Below, piece by piece: positions 39,613-49,407 of a stretch of 64,000 nucleotides of DNA. This DNA is from a virus. The position numbers were made by a program, and so were the translations under genes. A model generated the notes under the pieces. It did not search any database. It was not told where the DNA came from and saw only the letters and a list, made by a program, of their open reading frames with translations. The DNA is taken from positions 32,001 to 96,000 of IMG/VR virus record IMGVR_UViG_3300007734_000760. One strand, written 5' to 3'. How positions within the stretch are numbered: the stretch's first letter is position 1; every line of letters starts with the position of its first letter.

Positions 39613-39641
39613 TTTTAGATATTTTGTTTACTTTTGTTGAT

Positions 39642-39650
39642 TATAAATAT
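39642..39650 (-). promoter_or_regulatory. Putative late promoter ATATTTATA (representative copy, sheath)
   Basis: About 16 copies just upstream of start codons: 1758, 18889, 22653, 23738, 32007, 35213, 37263, 39642, 42524, 46163, 47666, 48587, 49344, 57072, 62112, 63410. Confidence 0.75.
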
Positions 39651-39668
39651 CTAAAAAATTATCAAAAA

Positions 39669-39932
39669 CTAATCAGTCGTTGTAATTTCTCCTGTCTCGA
39701 TATTAATACTTACTTGTCCGTATTTATTTTGAACATCTTGACCGTATTTAATCTCTTGAATTCTTAGTGATTCTAACTCTTTAATAATTTCTTGTTTTTG
39801 ATTAATTAACAGTTGATTTTGATATTCAACTTGTCCAAACTTAATAATTAAATCTTGAGTAGAAGAATTTAATGTTTTTAAAACTGAAAATTCTTCTTCA
39901 GTTAATTGTTTTACGTTTATAACTTTTTCCAT
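39669..39932 (-). CDS. Small coiled-coil hypothetical protein
   Basis: 87 aa ending KYGQVSINIETGEI. Confidence 0.7.
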   Translation of the reverse strand: MEKVINVKQLTEEEFSVLKTLNSSTQDLIIKFGQVEYQNQLLINQKQEIIKELESLRIQEIKYGQDVQNKYGQVSINIETGEITTTD

Positions 39933-39984
39933 GTTTGTGTTGTTTTAATTTATTAAAATAATAAAATTTTTTAAATATCCAAGT

Positions 39985-40860
39985 TTAATTTTTAGGAGGA
40001 ATACGATTAATATCACTAACTATTTCAAATCCAAATACTGTTTTAGTAACAACAGGAATTTTTTTAATAGCTAATACATCTTTTTGAATAATGTCTGGAA
40101 TTATATATCCATTTAATTTTATGTCAAATGTACTTTTAACTGATCTATCTTTTCCATCTGCTACTTCTATTACCGTATTAAATGAATCAATTCTAGCATT
40201 AAATTTAAATCTTGCTGGATCTCCCCAATATGAATCTGATGCATAATTAATCATTTCAATAATTTTATTCATCTGTTCTATATAGTAAGTGTAAATTACA
40301 CAACTATATTTTATAGTTACATAATCAGGTATTACTACTGCGTATTGTTCTCTTTCTGGTTTAATGTTATTTAGTACATCAAAAGGAGTATAAAAATCTC
40401 TTTTAGAATAATTTTTAACTAAAGTATTATATAAATGAGGTTGATTAGCATCTAATTTATTTCCTATACTTCTATTTTTAGTTAAATCATCTCTTTTAAA
40501 TACTAATAATGGAGACATAATAGCTCCACTTTTGTCTCTATAATATCCATCTTTTTGAATAGATTTCCATTTTTCAGGATTTCCATAAATTACAGGAACA
40601 GGTATTCTTATTCCATTTTGAATTATTGAAGGTTTAATTACTTCATTAAAATAATAAAATATGGTTTCATCAATATCTTGAATACCTAGTGAAAACGGTT
40701 TAGTACTATCTCCTTTAAAACTTAATTTACTTCCTCTATTTGGTTCAGAAGTATTAGGATTTCCTACAGGTTGAAAACCTGGTCCTCCCTGTTGATAAGG
40801 CTCTTGTTGAGAAATACTTATTTCTCTTTGTGTTTTAGGTGTTGGTTTTTTATTAGCCAT
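39985..40860 (-). CDS. Tail terminator / sheath stabiliser (gp15-like)
   Basis: VPVIYGNPEKW motif; position between neck and sheath. Confidence 0.65.
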   Translation of the reverse strand: MANKKPTPKTQREISISQQEPYQQGGPGFQPVGNPNTSEPNRGSKLSFKGDSTKPFSLGIQDIDETIFYYFNEVIKPSIIQNGIRIPVPVIYGNPEKWKSIQKDGYYRDKSGAIMSPLLVFKRDDLTKNRSIGNKLDANQPHLYNTLVKNYSKRDFYTPFDVLNNIKPEREQYAVVIPDYVTIKYSCVIYTYYIEQMNKIIEMINYASDSYWGDPARFKFNARIDSFNTVIEVADGKDRSVKSTFDIKLNGYIIPDIIQKDVLAIKKIPVVTKTVFGFEIVSDINRIPPKN

Positions 40861-40862
40861 AT

Positions 40863-41372
40863 TTATTCTCTTTCACGTGTTAAATTTACTTTATCTGCAG
40901 GAACATAGTGAGCAACACAATTTACTGATACATTATAGCCAAAATTTTCTAATCCTGGATTTAATGGGTTTTGTTGGTAATTATAATCTGGATCTTTACC
41001 TGTAAATAATTGATTATTAAATGATTGCTCTATTTCAAAATAATCTTCATAATACATAATAATGTCTCCTAATTCAGGAAAAGCATTTGCTTCTACTAAA
41101 TCATCTCTTAAAAAGTCAAAAATGACAACTCTAACATAATTAGGACCTATATCTGTTGATTCAAAACTTGGATCGGTTCTAATAATTCTAGTATATAATA
41201 TAGTAGGTTCAGTGTAATATCTTTTATTTGTTGATTCTCCATAAATGTTAGACACTGTTTTTTCTAAATTTACTTTATAAAGAACACACTGTTGAGACAT
41301 AACATTTCCTAATAGTTCCCTATTAACTTTTCGTATCATTGATACATCTCTACTTGATCCAAATAATGCCAT
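40863..41372 (-). CDS. Head closure / neck protein (gp14-like)
   Basis: NIYGE...PELGDII; position. Confidence 0.65.
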   Translation of the reverse strand: MALFGSSRDVSMIRKVNRELLGNVMSQQCVLYKVNLEKTVSNIYGESTNKRYYTEPTILYTRIIRTDPSFESTDIGPNYVRVVIFDFLRDDLVEANAFPELGDIIMYYEDYFEIEQSFNNQLFTGKDPDYNYQQNPLNPGLENFGYNVSVNCVAHYVPADKVNLTRERE

Positions 41373-41376
41373 GTTT

Positions 41377-42510
41377 TTATCCGATAAAAATTGTCATAGG
41401 AACTTGACTAATTTCAAATTGACGAGCTACTGATTCAGCTTGTCTTCTTTCAAGTAGTTTTTGACGTGAAGTATCATCAAAATATAGTCTTAAATTTGTA
41501 ATTAAAGCTGTTTTTTCTTCTTTTCCTGCTGTTACTAATTCATTTTGATTTAATGTAACTTCAGCTCCAGGAATAGGAACAGTACTGTATTTTCCACGAA
41601 CATATCCTAACATTTCTTTTGATAGTGCTAAAGTATATTCAAATATCCATTGTCTACCAATTGAATTAATTTGTGAATAAGTAGGATTACTGTATCCAGC
41701 ATTTGAAACATTTGTAACAGATGTTGGAGCAGATCCTACAACACTATCTATTCTTTCTTTTAAACTTAAATATTGAAACCAAATTTTACCTCCATCATCT
41801 GATGGTATTGGAAATATTCTTAATTTATTATTTATTAATTCAAAGGTATAATCAGCTAATGAAATTTGATTTTGCATTTCAACTGCTTGAGCAGATTGAA
41901 ATAGTAAACTTGTTGGATACATTAAAAATCCAGTTGAACCAAATAAACCATAACTTCCAACAGCCGGTACTCCTCCTAAACCTGAGAACACACTTAAGTT
42001 ATACACTTGATTTACGGCTGGAGGCGGTTGCCAAAAAATTCTTTTAATTTCAATTCCTCCTGTAATACTTTGACTAATTGCCCATTCTGTTAAGTTATAA
42101 TCTTGAATATTAGCAATAGTTGTAAGAGATCCACTATAATAATTTACATTTCCTCCTGTTCCTGCTTCTACAGCATACTGTTGAGATAATCTAATTATAT
42201 TATTTAATGATGGAGTAATTGCAGCATGATTTAAATTTGAAGAAGTTGGAATTCCTTCTATACTTAATAAATTATCTCTTACTTGGTAAGCATATAATTC
42301 ATTTCCATATGTTGTAACTGCTTCTTCAAATGCTGTGTAAAAGTTTAAATCTTGCAATTCAACTTCCATAATAGGATATCCTAATCTTCTAGCACAAAAA
42401 GTAACTACTTTATCAGCATCGGTTTGAAATTGATAATCATTATCATAAAATCCAAATGGAGTATTTCCCGGAAAAAATGAACTAGAACCCGGATAGATAG
42501 AAATATTCAT
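41377..42510 (-). CDS. Neck / head-tail adaptor (gp13-like)
   Basis: RRLGYPIMEVEL...WIFEYTLALSKEMLGYVRGKY...IPGAEVTLN. Confidence 0.8.
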   Translation of the reverse strand: MNISIYPGSSSFFPGNTPFGFYDNDYQFQTDADKVVTFCARRLGYPIMEVELQDLNFYTAFEEAVTTYGNELYAYQVRDNLLSIEGIPTSSNLNHAAITPSLNNIIRLSQQYAVEAGTGGNVNYYSGSLTTIANIQDYNLTEWAISQSITGGIEIKRIFWQPPPAVNQVYNLSVFSGLGGVPAVGSYGLFGSTGFLMYPTSLLFQSAQAVEMQNQISLADYTFELINNKLRIFPIPSDDGGKIWFQYLSLKERIDSVVGSAPTSVTNVSNAGYSNPTYSQINSIGRQWIFEYTLALSKEMLGYVRGKYSTVPIPGAEVTLNQNELVTAGKEEKTALITNLRLYFDDTSRQKLLERRQAESVARQFEISQVPMTIFIG

Positions 42511-42558
42511 GAAATATATTTATTATAAATATATCAAAAATAAAAGTAAGATATTTTA

Positions 42559-42792
42559 TTATTTATTTATTTCTATTAAATAGTTTGCAACAGCTGTTGC
42601 TCTTGCTGCATCTACTTCATAGCCTGTTTGGCTATTTTGACTTACTACTGATATGGTTTTGCTAAATTGAAAAGCTAACTCATCGTTTGTTACTAAAGGT
42701 AGTGTAATATCAATACTATATTCATCAGCATCTATAACTGATTCTGTACCGTATCCTAGTAGTTCACCTTCTCTTAAAATATATTTGTCCAT
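42559..42792 (-). CDS. Hypothetical protein
   Basis: 77-aa ORF at the end of the fibre cluster. Confidence 0.6.
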   Translation of the reverse strand: MDKYILREGELLGYGTESVIDADEYSIDITLPLVTNDELAFQFSKTISVVSQNSQTGYEVDAARATAVANYLIEINK

Positions 42793-42803
42793 GTTTTATT
42801 GTT

Positions 42804-43169
42804 TTAATTGTTAAAAGTAAATTCTGTCCATTCACTATTTATCCATACATATGATTTATTATCATTTGGATATGGTATAGGTGCTTCCCATTTAAAGTTT
42901 TCATTTAAAGTCCAATCACTAAAAGGTCTTGGAGAAATAAAAACATTATTGATTTCATCCCAAGTGTCTCCTATTCCAGCATACTTGTTTCTGGTGTTTG
43001 AGTTGTATGAAGTTTGTCTTACTGTGTCATAATTATAAGGAATGCTTAATGAATTTATAAAATTAATACCTAATTGTTCTACTTCAACTCCATTAGAAAT
43101 TAGTATTTCATTATCAATTACGATTACAGCTATCACAAGGTTTTGTTTTATTAATGCAAAGTTTGCCAT
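42804..43169 (-). CDS. Fibre-associated small protein
   Basis: MANFA...QTSYN...YAGIG...FISPRPF..W...WEAPIPYP; coupled to the Gly-rich gene. Confidence 0.75.
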   Translation of the reverse strand: MANFALIKQNLVIAVIVIDNEILISNGVEVEQLGINFINSLSIPYNYDTVRQTSYNSNTRNKYAGIGDTWDEINNVFISPRPFSDWTLNENFKWEAPIPYPNDNKSYVWINSEWTEFTFNN

Positions 43170-44092
43170 TATTGATATTTGTATTTTATTATTACTATTC
43201 CCGAACCTCCATTACCTCCTGCTGGAGAATCCCTTTCAGCACCTCCACCTCCACCACCTGTATTAGCAGTTCCGCTTGTTCCTGCTCCACCTTGTCCTCC
43301 TGCTCCACCACCTCCAACTCCTCCCGTACCTGCTGTACCAGAAGTAGTGTAAACAGAGCCACCTCCTCCTCCACCATAGTAATTACTATCTATCGCTGAC
43401 AAGACACCATCTCCGCCATTTCCACCTTTTGTTCCAGTCCCTGTTCCACCGACTGCACTTGCTCCACCACCACCACCTGCTCCATAGTATGGACCTGCAG
43501 CAGAACCGTTACCACCTGCGTTACCTTGACCTGCTGTTCCTGCTGCTCCTAACTCATAGCTAGGGTCACCTACTGTTATACCAGCTCCACCTCCACCTGA
43601 ACCTCCAGTACCAGCATTAGCACCATGACTTGCTCCTCCACCTCCACCAACTGCTGTATTTGAATCGAAGGTTGTGTTTGTACCATTAGTACCAGCGGTT
43701 TGATAACCACTACTTCCAGCTCCTCCTCCACCAACTACTACAGCATATGTTGTTGCACCACTTGATAAAGAGTAACTTGTGTTTTCTATAACTCCTCCAC
43801 CACCTCCACCAGCTCCTACATACTCTCCACCTCCACCACCACCACCTGCTACCATTAATACTTGGAAAGTGTTATTTGGAGCAGTACCTACACTACTAAC
43901 TATAAAGTTAGTACTACCTGCTGTTGTAAATGTGTGTATTTTATAATCACCAGAAGTTGTTACTGTTCCTCCAGTTGCTGAAGTAAAGGAAGCTGCTGCA
44001 GGTATTGTTACTCCAGCTATTTTTACTATAGATGCTATAGAGACTCCATTAATTTTAGTAATAGATGTAGTAACTACTCCTTTAATTTTCAT
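43169..44092 (-). CDS. Glycine-rich fibre/adhesin-like virion protein
   Basis: ATGGTVTTSGDYKIHTFT, VAGGGGGG, GGNGGSGIVIIKY. Confidence 0.85.
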   Translation of the reverse strand: MKIKGVVTTSITKINGVSIASIVKIAGVTIPAAASFTSATGGTVTTSGDYKIHTFTTAGSTNFIVSSVGTAPNNTFQVLMVAGGGGGGGEYVGAGGGGGGVIENTSYSLSSGATTYAVVVGGGGAGSSGYQTAGTNGTNTTFDSNTAVGGGGGASHGANAGTGGSGGGGAGITVGDPSYELGAAGTAGQGNAGGNGSAAGPYYGAGGGGGASAVGGTGTGTKGGNGGDGVLSAIDSNYYGGGGGGSVYTTSGTAGTGGVGGGGAGGQGGAGTSGTANTGGGGGGAERDSPAGGNGGSGIVIIKYKYQ

Positions 44093-44102
44093 AAACTATG
44101 TG

Positions 44103-46073
44103 TTATAATTCTATCCAAGAATTTTCAGGATTAAAGCGTATTATTATTTTTGAATTTGTATTAGAGTCCCAAAAAGTATTTCCTATTATTCTAACTGCAT
44201 TTCCAACTGTTGTTGGTGCAATTTTAGTCATACTACCAGCAGTTGTAGCCATATATAAAGGTTCTCCAGATTTTACAATAGTTGCATATGTAGCTGTTTC
44301 AACAAACCCATTAATTAGTATGGAAGTTGGATTAGTTGAAGTTGAAGATTTAACACAAATGCCTAACATATTAAATGCTGCTGCAGAGTTTGCAGCTGTT
44401 GCATCAGCTAATTCCCAAGTTTCGTTTTGTGTTCTATAACATAGTTGACCAAATGTAATTGTTCCTCCTGCTATTTCTGAATATAATACATCTCCTTGAT
44501 AATAATTACTATTCCAATCATTTAGACTACCTAATACTGATGTTACTCCATCTTTAATTGTTCCAGCTAATGGTATTGGTGTAATACCTGCTACTAAAGA
44601 GCTTCCACTTAATAGTAGTGAACCTGTTATTTGAGTATTACCAGTTATGTTTACACCAGCATTTCCATTTAATCTAACACTTCCACTTACTAATAATGAA
44701 CCTGTTACTACTAAATTTCCAGTTATACCTGCAGGATTTGTGTTTGTTAATATTGTACTTCTTGTTGAACCGGTTGTAAAAAATAAGCTATTACCATCAA
44801 ACTCTATTGTTCCAGCTTCGGGAGTTGTTAGATTAGTTCCTGCTGTTAGTTTAATAGGCGCAGTGTTTGCGGTTGATGTTCCTCCTACTATGTGAAGTCT
44901 AGCAGTTGCACTTACTCCTATACCAAACTTATTTCCACGAAGAAAATAATATTCTGTATCATTGGTTGTCGTTGTTATGTTTAATGCATTACTACTATTA
45001 ATATTATATTTATAAGTAATTTCACCAGCTCTAGTTAATTCAAATAAAGTATTTGTTGAACCTCCTTCTACATGGAGTGTATTAGCAGTAGCTCCATAAG
45101 TTAAATTAGCACTGTCAATTAATCTTCCATTAGTAGTGGCGTATGGAATTCTACTTGAAGTTAAGGCACTAGTTGCTGCTACCGCTATCTGTCTAGTTGA
45201 ACCTGTTGTAAAAAATAAATTACTACCATCAAACTCTACTGCTCCAGCTTCTGGTGTAGTTAAGTTTGTTCCTGATGTTAGTTTAAGTGGTGCTGTGTTT
45301 GCAGCAGCTGTTCCTGCAGATAGATGCAATAAAGAAGTTGGGGTTACAGTTCCTATTGCCATTTTATTTCCAATAATATGAAGCATTGTTGCTACTCCTG
45401 TAGTCCCTATCGCACTGTTAGTAGCAATACTAAATATACCTACTGTAGATGAGTTGTATGCTTGTATTAGTGCGTGTGTTCCAGTTGTTGCAGCTGTATA
45501 AGATGGATATGATGCATCTTGCCAAACTATAGCTCCAAATGATGTAGGACTGTTTTGTACAAAGTTTATAGAGGGGTATGAATTATTGCCGTTTCGTCTT
45601 ATGTTTATTGCCGGTGAGTATCCGTAATTATAACCTTCAGCTGCTGATTTAGCCACTACATTTAATGGAGCTATATCCCAACTAGCGTCAGTAGTTGTAC
45701 CTATTAATTGTGCTGGGAAAGTTCCTCCTTTAACGTGTAATGTAGCAGCTAAAGATGATGTAACACCTAATCCTACTCTTCCACTACTTGATACATATAA
45801 AGCATTAGTTCCAACTAATAAATTAGTACTAGTTGATCCAGATACAATTAATGAACCAGTCATTGTTGTATTTCCAATTACATTTAATGAACCTGTTATA
45901 ATTGCACTTCCTGTAAATGGGAAAGCAGGTGTTGAAGGTGCAAATGAAGCAGATAATGCTTGAGTTGCATAGGATGCAGTACCGAATAGTGATCCGGTGA
46001 TTCCATTTGTTACTGTAAGTGTATTTAGTGAAGCATCTGAACCAGATACTATCACGCGTTTCCATGATGGCAT
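44103..46073 (-). CDS. Tail fibre protein with duplicated module
   Basis: ITGSL repeats; two copies of ANTAP.KLT.GTNLTTPEAG..EFDG..LFFTTGSTR. Confidence 0.8.
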   Translation of the reverse strand: MPSWKRVIVSGSDASLNTLTVTNGITGSLFGTASYATQALSASFAPSTPAFPFTGSAIITGSLNVIGNTTMTGSLIVSGSTSTNLLVGTNALYVSSSGRVGLGVTSSLAATLHVKGGTFPAQLIGTTTDASWDIAPLNVVAKSAAEGYNYGYSPAINIRRNGNNSYPSINFVQNSPTSFGAIVWQDASYPSYTAATTGTHALIQAYNSSTVGIFSIATNSAIGTTGVATMLHIIGNKMAIGTVTPTSLLHLSAGTAAANTAPLKLTSGTNLTTPEAGAVEFDGSNLFFTTGSTRQIAVAATSALTSSRIPYATTNGRLIDSANLTYGATANTLHVEGGSTNTLFELTRAGEITYKYNINSSNALNITTTTNDTEYYFLRGNKFGIGVSATARLHIVGGTSTANTAPIKLTAGTNLTTPEAGTIEFDGNSLFFTTGSTRSTILTNTNPAGITGNLVVTGSLLVSGSVRLNGNAGVNITGNTQITGSLLLSGSSLVAGITPIPLAGTIKDGVTSVLGSLNDWNSNYYQGDVLYSEIAGGTITFGQLCYRTQNETWELADATAANSAAAFNMLGICVKSSTSTNPTSILINGFVETATYATIVKSGEPLYMATTAGSMTKIAPTTVGNAVRIIGNTFWDSNTNSKIIIRFNPENSWIEL

Positions 46074-46091
46074 ATTATACTATAAATTTAA

Positions 46092-46152
46092 TTGTGGTTA
46101 GATACATACACTTTATGCCGTGTATATGCCTACTTCCTTTTCAGGCCAACAA
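46092..46152 (-). ncRNA. Structured 5' leader (three-way junction) of the fibre gene
   Basis: P1 UUGU(U)GG/CCACAA; P2 CCU-GAAA-AGG; P3 UAGGCAUAUACAC/GUGUAUGUAUCUA; lies between a late motif and the ATG. Confidence 0.55.
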
Positions 46153-46184
46153 CATATTCTACAATAAATATATTAAAAATACTG

Positions 46185-46412
46185 TTATTTTTTAGATTTT
46201 TTTTCTTCTCTAGAAATCATATCTTGTAAACTTTGCTGTTTTACTTCTTCTTCTTGACGTAGTATTTTTGTAATTTGAATTAATTCATCTTCTAACTTAA
46301 TTTGAAGACTAGCTAAAAATTTAGCATCAGTTCCTTTAATAGTTACTAAGTCTAAAGCTTGTCTAAGGAACGTTATTTCATTTTGTGTTAAATCAATTGA
46401 AAAAATATTCAT
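46185..46412 (-). CDS. Small helical hypothetical protein
   Basis: LTQNEITFLRQALDLVTIKG; resembles its neighbour. Confidence 0.7.
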   Translation of the reverse strand: MNIFSIDLTQNEITFLRQALDLVTIKGTDAKFLASLQIKLEDELIQITKILRQEEEVKQQSLQDMISREEKKSKK

Positions 46413-46417
46413 AACTG

Positions 46418-46609
46418 TTATTTCTGTTGTTTAATGTATTGATTTTGTAATTTAATTACTGTGTTGTAAAGCAACTCTATGTGTTCTCCTTTAAAAGTTG
46501 AATTACGTAATGATGCTAATATAAGTTGAATTTCTTCAAGAGTCAAGCTATCTTGATCATTTACTGTTACCTTTTCAGGTACTGTAAAATTCCTTGCATT
46601 AAAAGCCAT
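46418..46609 (-). CDS. Small helical hypothetical protein
   Basis: LTLEEIQLILASLRNSTFKG; start re-assigned to MAFNA. Confidence 0.65.
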   Translation of the reverse strand: MAFNARNFTVPEKVTVNDQDSLTLEEIQLILASLRNSTFKGEHIELLYNTVIKLQNQYIKQQK

Positions 46610-46628
46610 AACTAATTTTTTAAAAATA

Positions 46629-47639
46629 TTACGAATAAATATATATGTCTCCGTTATCACTATTTATAAAAGTATTACCATAACCTGTTGTACTTCCACC
46701 CCACGTTGGAACAGATGGTGGAGCACCAGCTGCCGTTTTAGCTGTCACTACATACTCATCAGCATTTAATGAAGTTGAAGTACCTATAACATCATATGCT
46801 ACTGCAAAACGACCGTATGTACCTGTTGAATTAGCTTCTAAGTAAAAAGCTGAACCTGAACCGGCTGCATTATATTGAGTTACCCAACCCGAATCTGCTA
46901 GTGCAGTAGAGCCACTGTTAATTAAAATAAATTTATCTCTAATGCTTAAATTGTCTACATTAGTAAATGAAGCAGTACCTGCTACAGTTAAGTCACCAGT
47001 AACGGTTGCGTTACCTGTTACTGTTAATAAAGTACCATTAAATGATAAATTACTTTCACCGTTTATAATACCATTACCTGTAGCAGTTAAAATATAATTA
47101 TCTACATTATTTGTAATTGCAGGGAATATATTTGATGCTGTTAAAGCAAATGAAGCAGTTACAGGAACATTAGAAGCATAAGATGCGGTTAAAGCAAATG
47201 AAGCTGAAGTAGCATTATTAGCAAATGAAGCAGTACCAGTTAAAGCACCTACTAAAGATCCAGTAAATGAAGCAGTAACTCCAGTAACTACTATTTGAGA
47301 AGCTAAAGTTAAACTATCAGTACCTTCAACTATTAAATTAGTACCAGCTAAATCTGTTAGTAAATCACCATAAGTAACGTACTTACTAGCACCATCACTA
47401 ATAAAGAATTTATCTGTATTAGCTAAATCGGATTTTGAAGTTATAGGAAAACTTGCAGCTACACCACTTATACCACTACCGTCTCCAAAAAATGATCCAC
47501 TAAATGAACCACTTAAACGTGTAGTTGAAGGTGAGGTTGTTATTGATTGGTTAGTACCTACTAATACTCCTAAACTAGAAGTTACAGCTGCTAATTCTGC
47601 ACTACTGCCTGATACTATTACTTTTTTCCAAGTTGCCAT
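46629..47639 (-). CDS. Fibre-like virion protein
   Basis: MATWKKVIVSGS N-terminus shared with 44103..46073; TASFA repeats. Confidence 0.75.
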   Translation of the reverse strand: MATWKKVIVSGSSAELAAVTSSLGVLVGTNQSITTSPSTTRLSGSFSGSFFGDGSGISGVAASFPITSKSDLANTDKFFISDGASKYVTYGDLLTDLAGTNLIVEGTDSLTLASQIVVTGVTASFTGSLVGALTGTASFANNATSASFALTASYASNVPVTASFALTASNIFPAITNNVDNYILTATGNGIINGESNLSFNGTLLTVTGNATVTGDLTVAGTASFTNVDNLSIRDKFILINSGSTALADSGWVTQYNAAGSGSAFYLEANSTGTYGRFAVAYDVIGTSTSLNADEYVVTAKTAAGAPPSVPTWGGSTTGYGNTFINSDNGDIYIYS

Positions 47640-47681
47640 ATGTTATATTATATTAAGATGTTGATTATAAATATGTTGCTT

Positions 47682-48173
47682 TTAGTCAAGCCCAACAAAA
47701 AATGAAGATGATGTGAAATAAATAGCACCGTTGGGTGTAGGATTTGATAGTTGCGCAGACTGTGTTGCTAAAATTATCATTCCGCTTTGACTAACCGTAA
47801 ATATAGGTAAATTAATTGAATTTTTTATTAAAAAAATACTATCTGCACTACTTGAAATAGTTAATGCTCCTTGACTACTAATTAAAAAAGGCACTTGACT
47901 ACCGGATTTAATTAAAAATATATTAGATCCTATATCTACACTAGCTCTAATACTTCCTGTCATTATATAAGAAATATCTACTACACTGCCTGATCCTGGA
48001 GGGCCAGGAGGACCTATTGGGCCTGTTAAAATTTCTACAACATTAGTAATAGGTTGAGTTACTTGAACTAACTTATTATCACTAAAGTTAGTAACTTCAA
48101 TACGGTTATTTGTATTAGAAATGTTTACCGCATTATTATTAGGTGTAATATTAATAGGATTTGGTCCTGCCAT
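47682..48173 (-). CDS. Virion protein with short collagen-like GPx segment
   Basis: GPIGPPGPPG. Confidence 0.7.
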   Translation of the reverse strand: MAGPNPINITPNNNAVNISNTNNRIEVTNFSDNKLVQVTQPITNVVEILTGPIGPPGPPGSGSVVDISYIMTGSIRASVDIGSNIFLIKSGSQVPFLISSQGALTISSSADSIFLIKNSINLPIFTVSQSGMIILATQSAQLSNPTPNGAIYFTSSSFFVGLD

Positions 48174-48174
48174 T

Positions 48175-48567
48175 TTATCTAGTAATTTCTTTAGATAACT
48201 GTATTTGACCTTCTAATAAACGTACTGTATAAGGACAATTACTTCCTGAATAAATTTCTAGATCATAATATGCTGTACTATTAAAATTAAGCATTGAACT
48301 AGTACAAGATGCTATATATATTCCAATAGAACCAGATTTAGGATCTTTACTTCCACCTGATCCACTAAAATTTAAGCCTGTTCCATCAGGTTGTAATGAA
48401 CTGCTTAAAGTTAAAGAAGCAGTTACAGCATCTATACTTGTACGAATTTGCATTTTTCCGCTGTATCCAGATAAATTTATTGGATTTCCATCCCCATCTT
48501 TATATTGTAATTCAAAACTTAAGGTTGCCCCTTGTTCTATTGTAAAAGAATATCTTCCAGCTGCCAT
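48175..48567 (-). CDS. Ig-like / BppU-N-like fibre attachment protein
   Basis: IEQGAT...PINLSGYSGKMQIR...YYDLEI...RLLEGQI. Confidence 0.65.
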   Translation of the reverse strand: MAAGRYSFTIEQGATLSFELQYKDGDGNPINLSGYSGKMQIRTSIDAVTASLTLSSSLQPDGTGLNFSGSGGSKDPKSGSIGIYIASCTSSMLNFNSTAYYDLEIYSGSNCPYTVRLLEGQIQLSKEITR

Positions 48568-48605
48568 AATGTTATAATTAGTCTATTATAAATATGAAAT
48601 AAAAC

Positions 48606-48631
48606 AAAAAAAGCCGTTTAAATAAACGGCT
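48606..48631 (-). terminator. Intrinsic terminator after phoH
   Basis: AGCCGTTTA-TT-TAAACGGCT followed by T run. Confidence 0.85.
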
Positions 48632-48645
48632 CTTTAAAATTGATG

Positions 48646-49329
48646 TTAGTTAGTATCTCTAAATTCTTCATATACTTTAAGTACTTCTTCTACTATTTCA
48701 TGACGATGATTTTTCTTTAAAGTAATAATTTTAACTCCTTTAATTCGTTCTTCAAGTCGTGGGAAAAAACCAATGCCTGAATCTTTTTTGCTTTTTAAAT
48801 CTACTTGAGATAAATCACCACAAAATACTATTTTACCTCCTTTACCTAAACGACCTAACATCATTTCAGTTTGTGAATGAGTAATATTTTGACATTCATC
48901 TACAATAACAAAACAGTTTGGAAAAGTACGTCCACGCATAAATGCAAATGGTACAATTTCAATTTGATTTTCAGTTACCATTTTATCTATTTTTTCTTTA
49001 TCATATAATAGATATAAATTAGAATAAATAGGTGCTAACCATGGATCCATTTTTTCTTTTAAATCACCAGGTAAAAATCCTATATCTTCTTTAGACACTG
49101 TAGGACGAGTAATTACTATTTTATCTAATTCTCTTTTAAATACTAAATCTAACGCTATTTGACATGCTAATAATGTTTTACCACTACCAGCCATTCCTTT
49201 AATTAAAGTTACAGGATTATCTAAAATAGTTTGTTTTGCCTCTTTTTGTTCTGCATTAAGTTCTAATTTAAACTTTATAGGATTTTTAGGCTTTTTTTTG
49301 TTTTGAAAAACTTCTTCTTGATTATCCAT
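48646..49329 (-). CDS. phoH: PhoH-family ATPase
   Basis: GMAGSGKT, GFLPGDLKEKMDP, FMRGRTF, DECQN, GDLSQVDL. Confidence 0.95.
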   Translation of the reverse strand: MDNQEEVFQNKKKPKNPIKFKLELNAEQKEAKQTILDNPVTLIKGMAGSGKTLLACQIALDLVFKRELDKIVITRPTVSKEDIGFLPGDLKEKMDPWLAPIYSNLYLLYDKEKIDKMVTENQIEIVPFAFMRGRTFPNCFVIVDECQNITHSQTEMMLGRLGKGGKIVFCGDLSQVDLKSKKDSGIGFFPRLEERIKGVKIITLKKNHRHEIVEEVLKVYEEFRDTN

Positions 49330-49353
49330 AGACTGTTGTTTGTAATAAATATG

Positions 49354-49384
49354 AAAAAAATAGCCGAACTTACAGGTTCGGCTA
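49354..49384 (-). terminator. Intrinsic terminator after major capsid gene
   Basis: TAGCCGAAC-N6-GTTCGGCTA followed by T7. Confidence 0.88.
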
Positions 49385-49407
49385 CTTTATTTTATGTTAA
49401 TTTATAA

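Noticed and set aside
43195-43377. Alternative-frame minus ORF within the Gly-rich gene
   Set aside because: By-product of GGN codon runs that lack stops in the shifted frame.
44761-45302. Diversity-generating retroelement TR/VR pair
   Set aside because: Both copies are in-frame internal modules, the differences are mostly synonymous rather than adenine-specific, and there is no reverse transcriptase in the window.
46092-46152. Hammerhead ribozyme or preQ1 riboswitch
   Set aside because: No CUGANGA/GAAA core arrangement and no preQ1 consensus; kept only as an unnamed structure.
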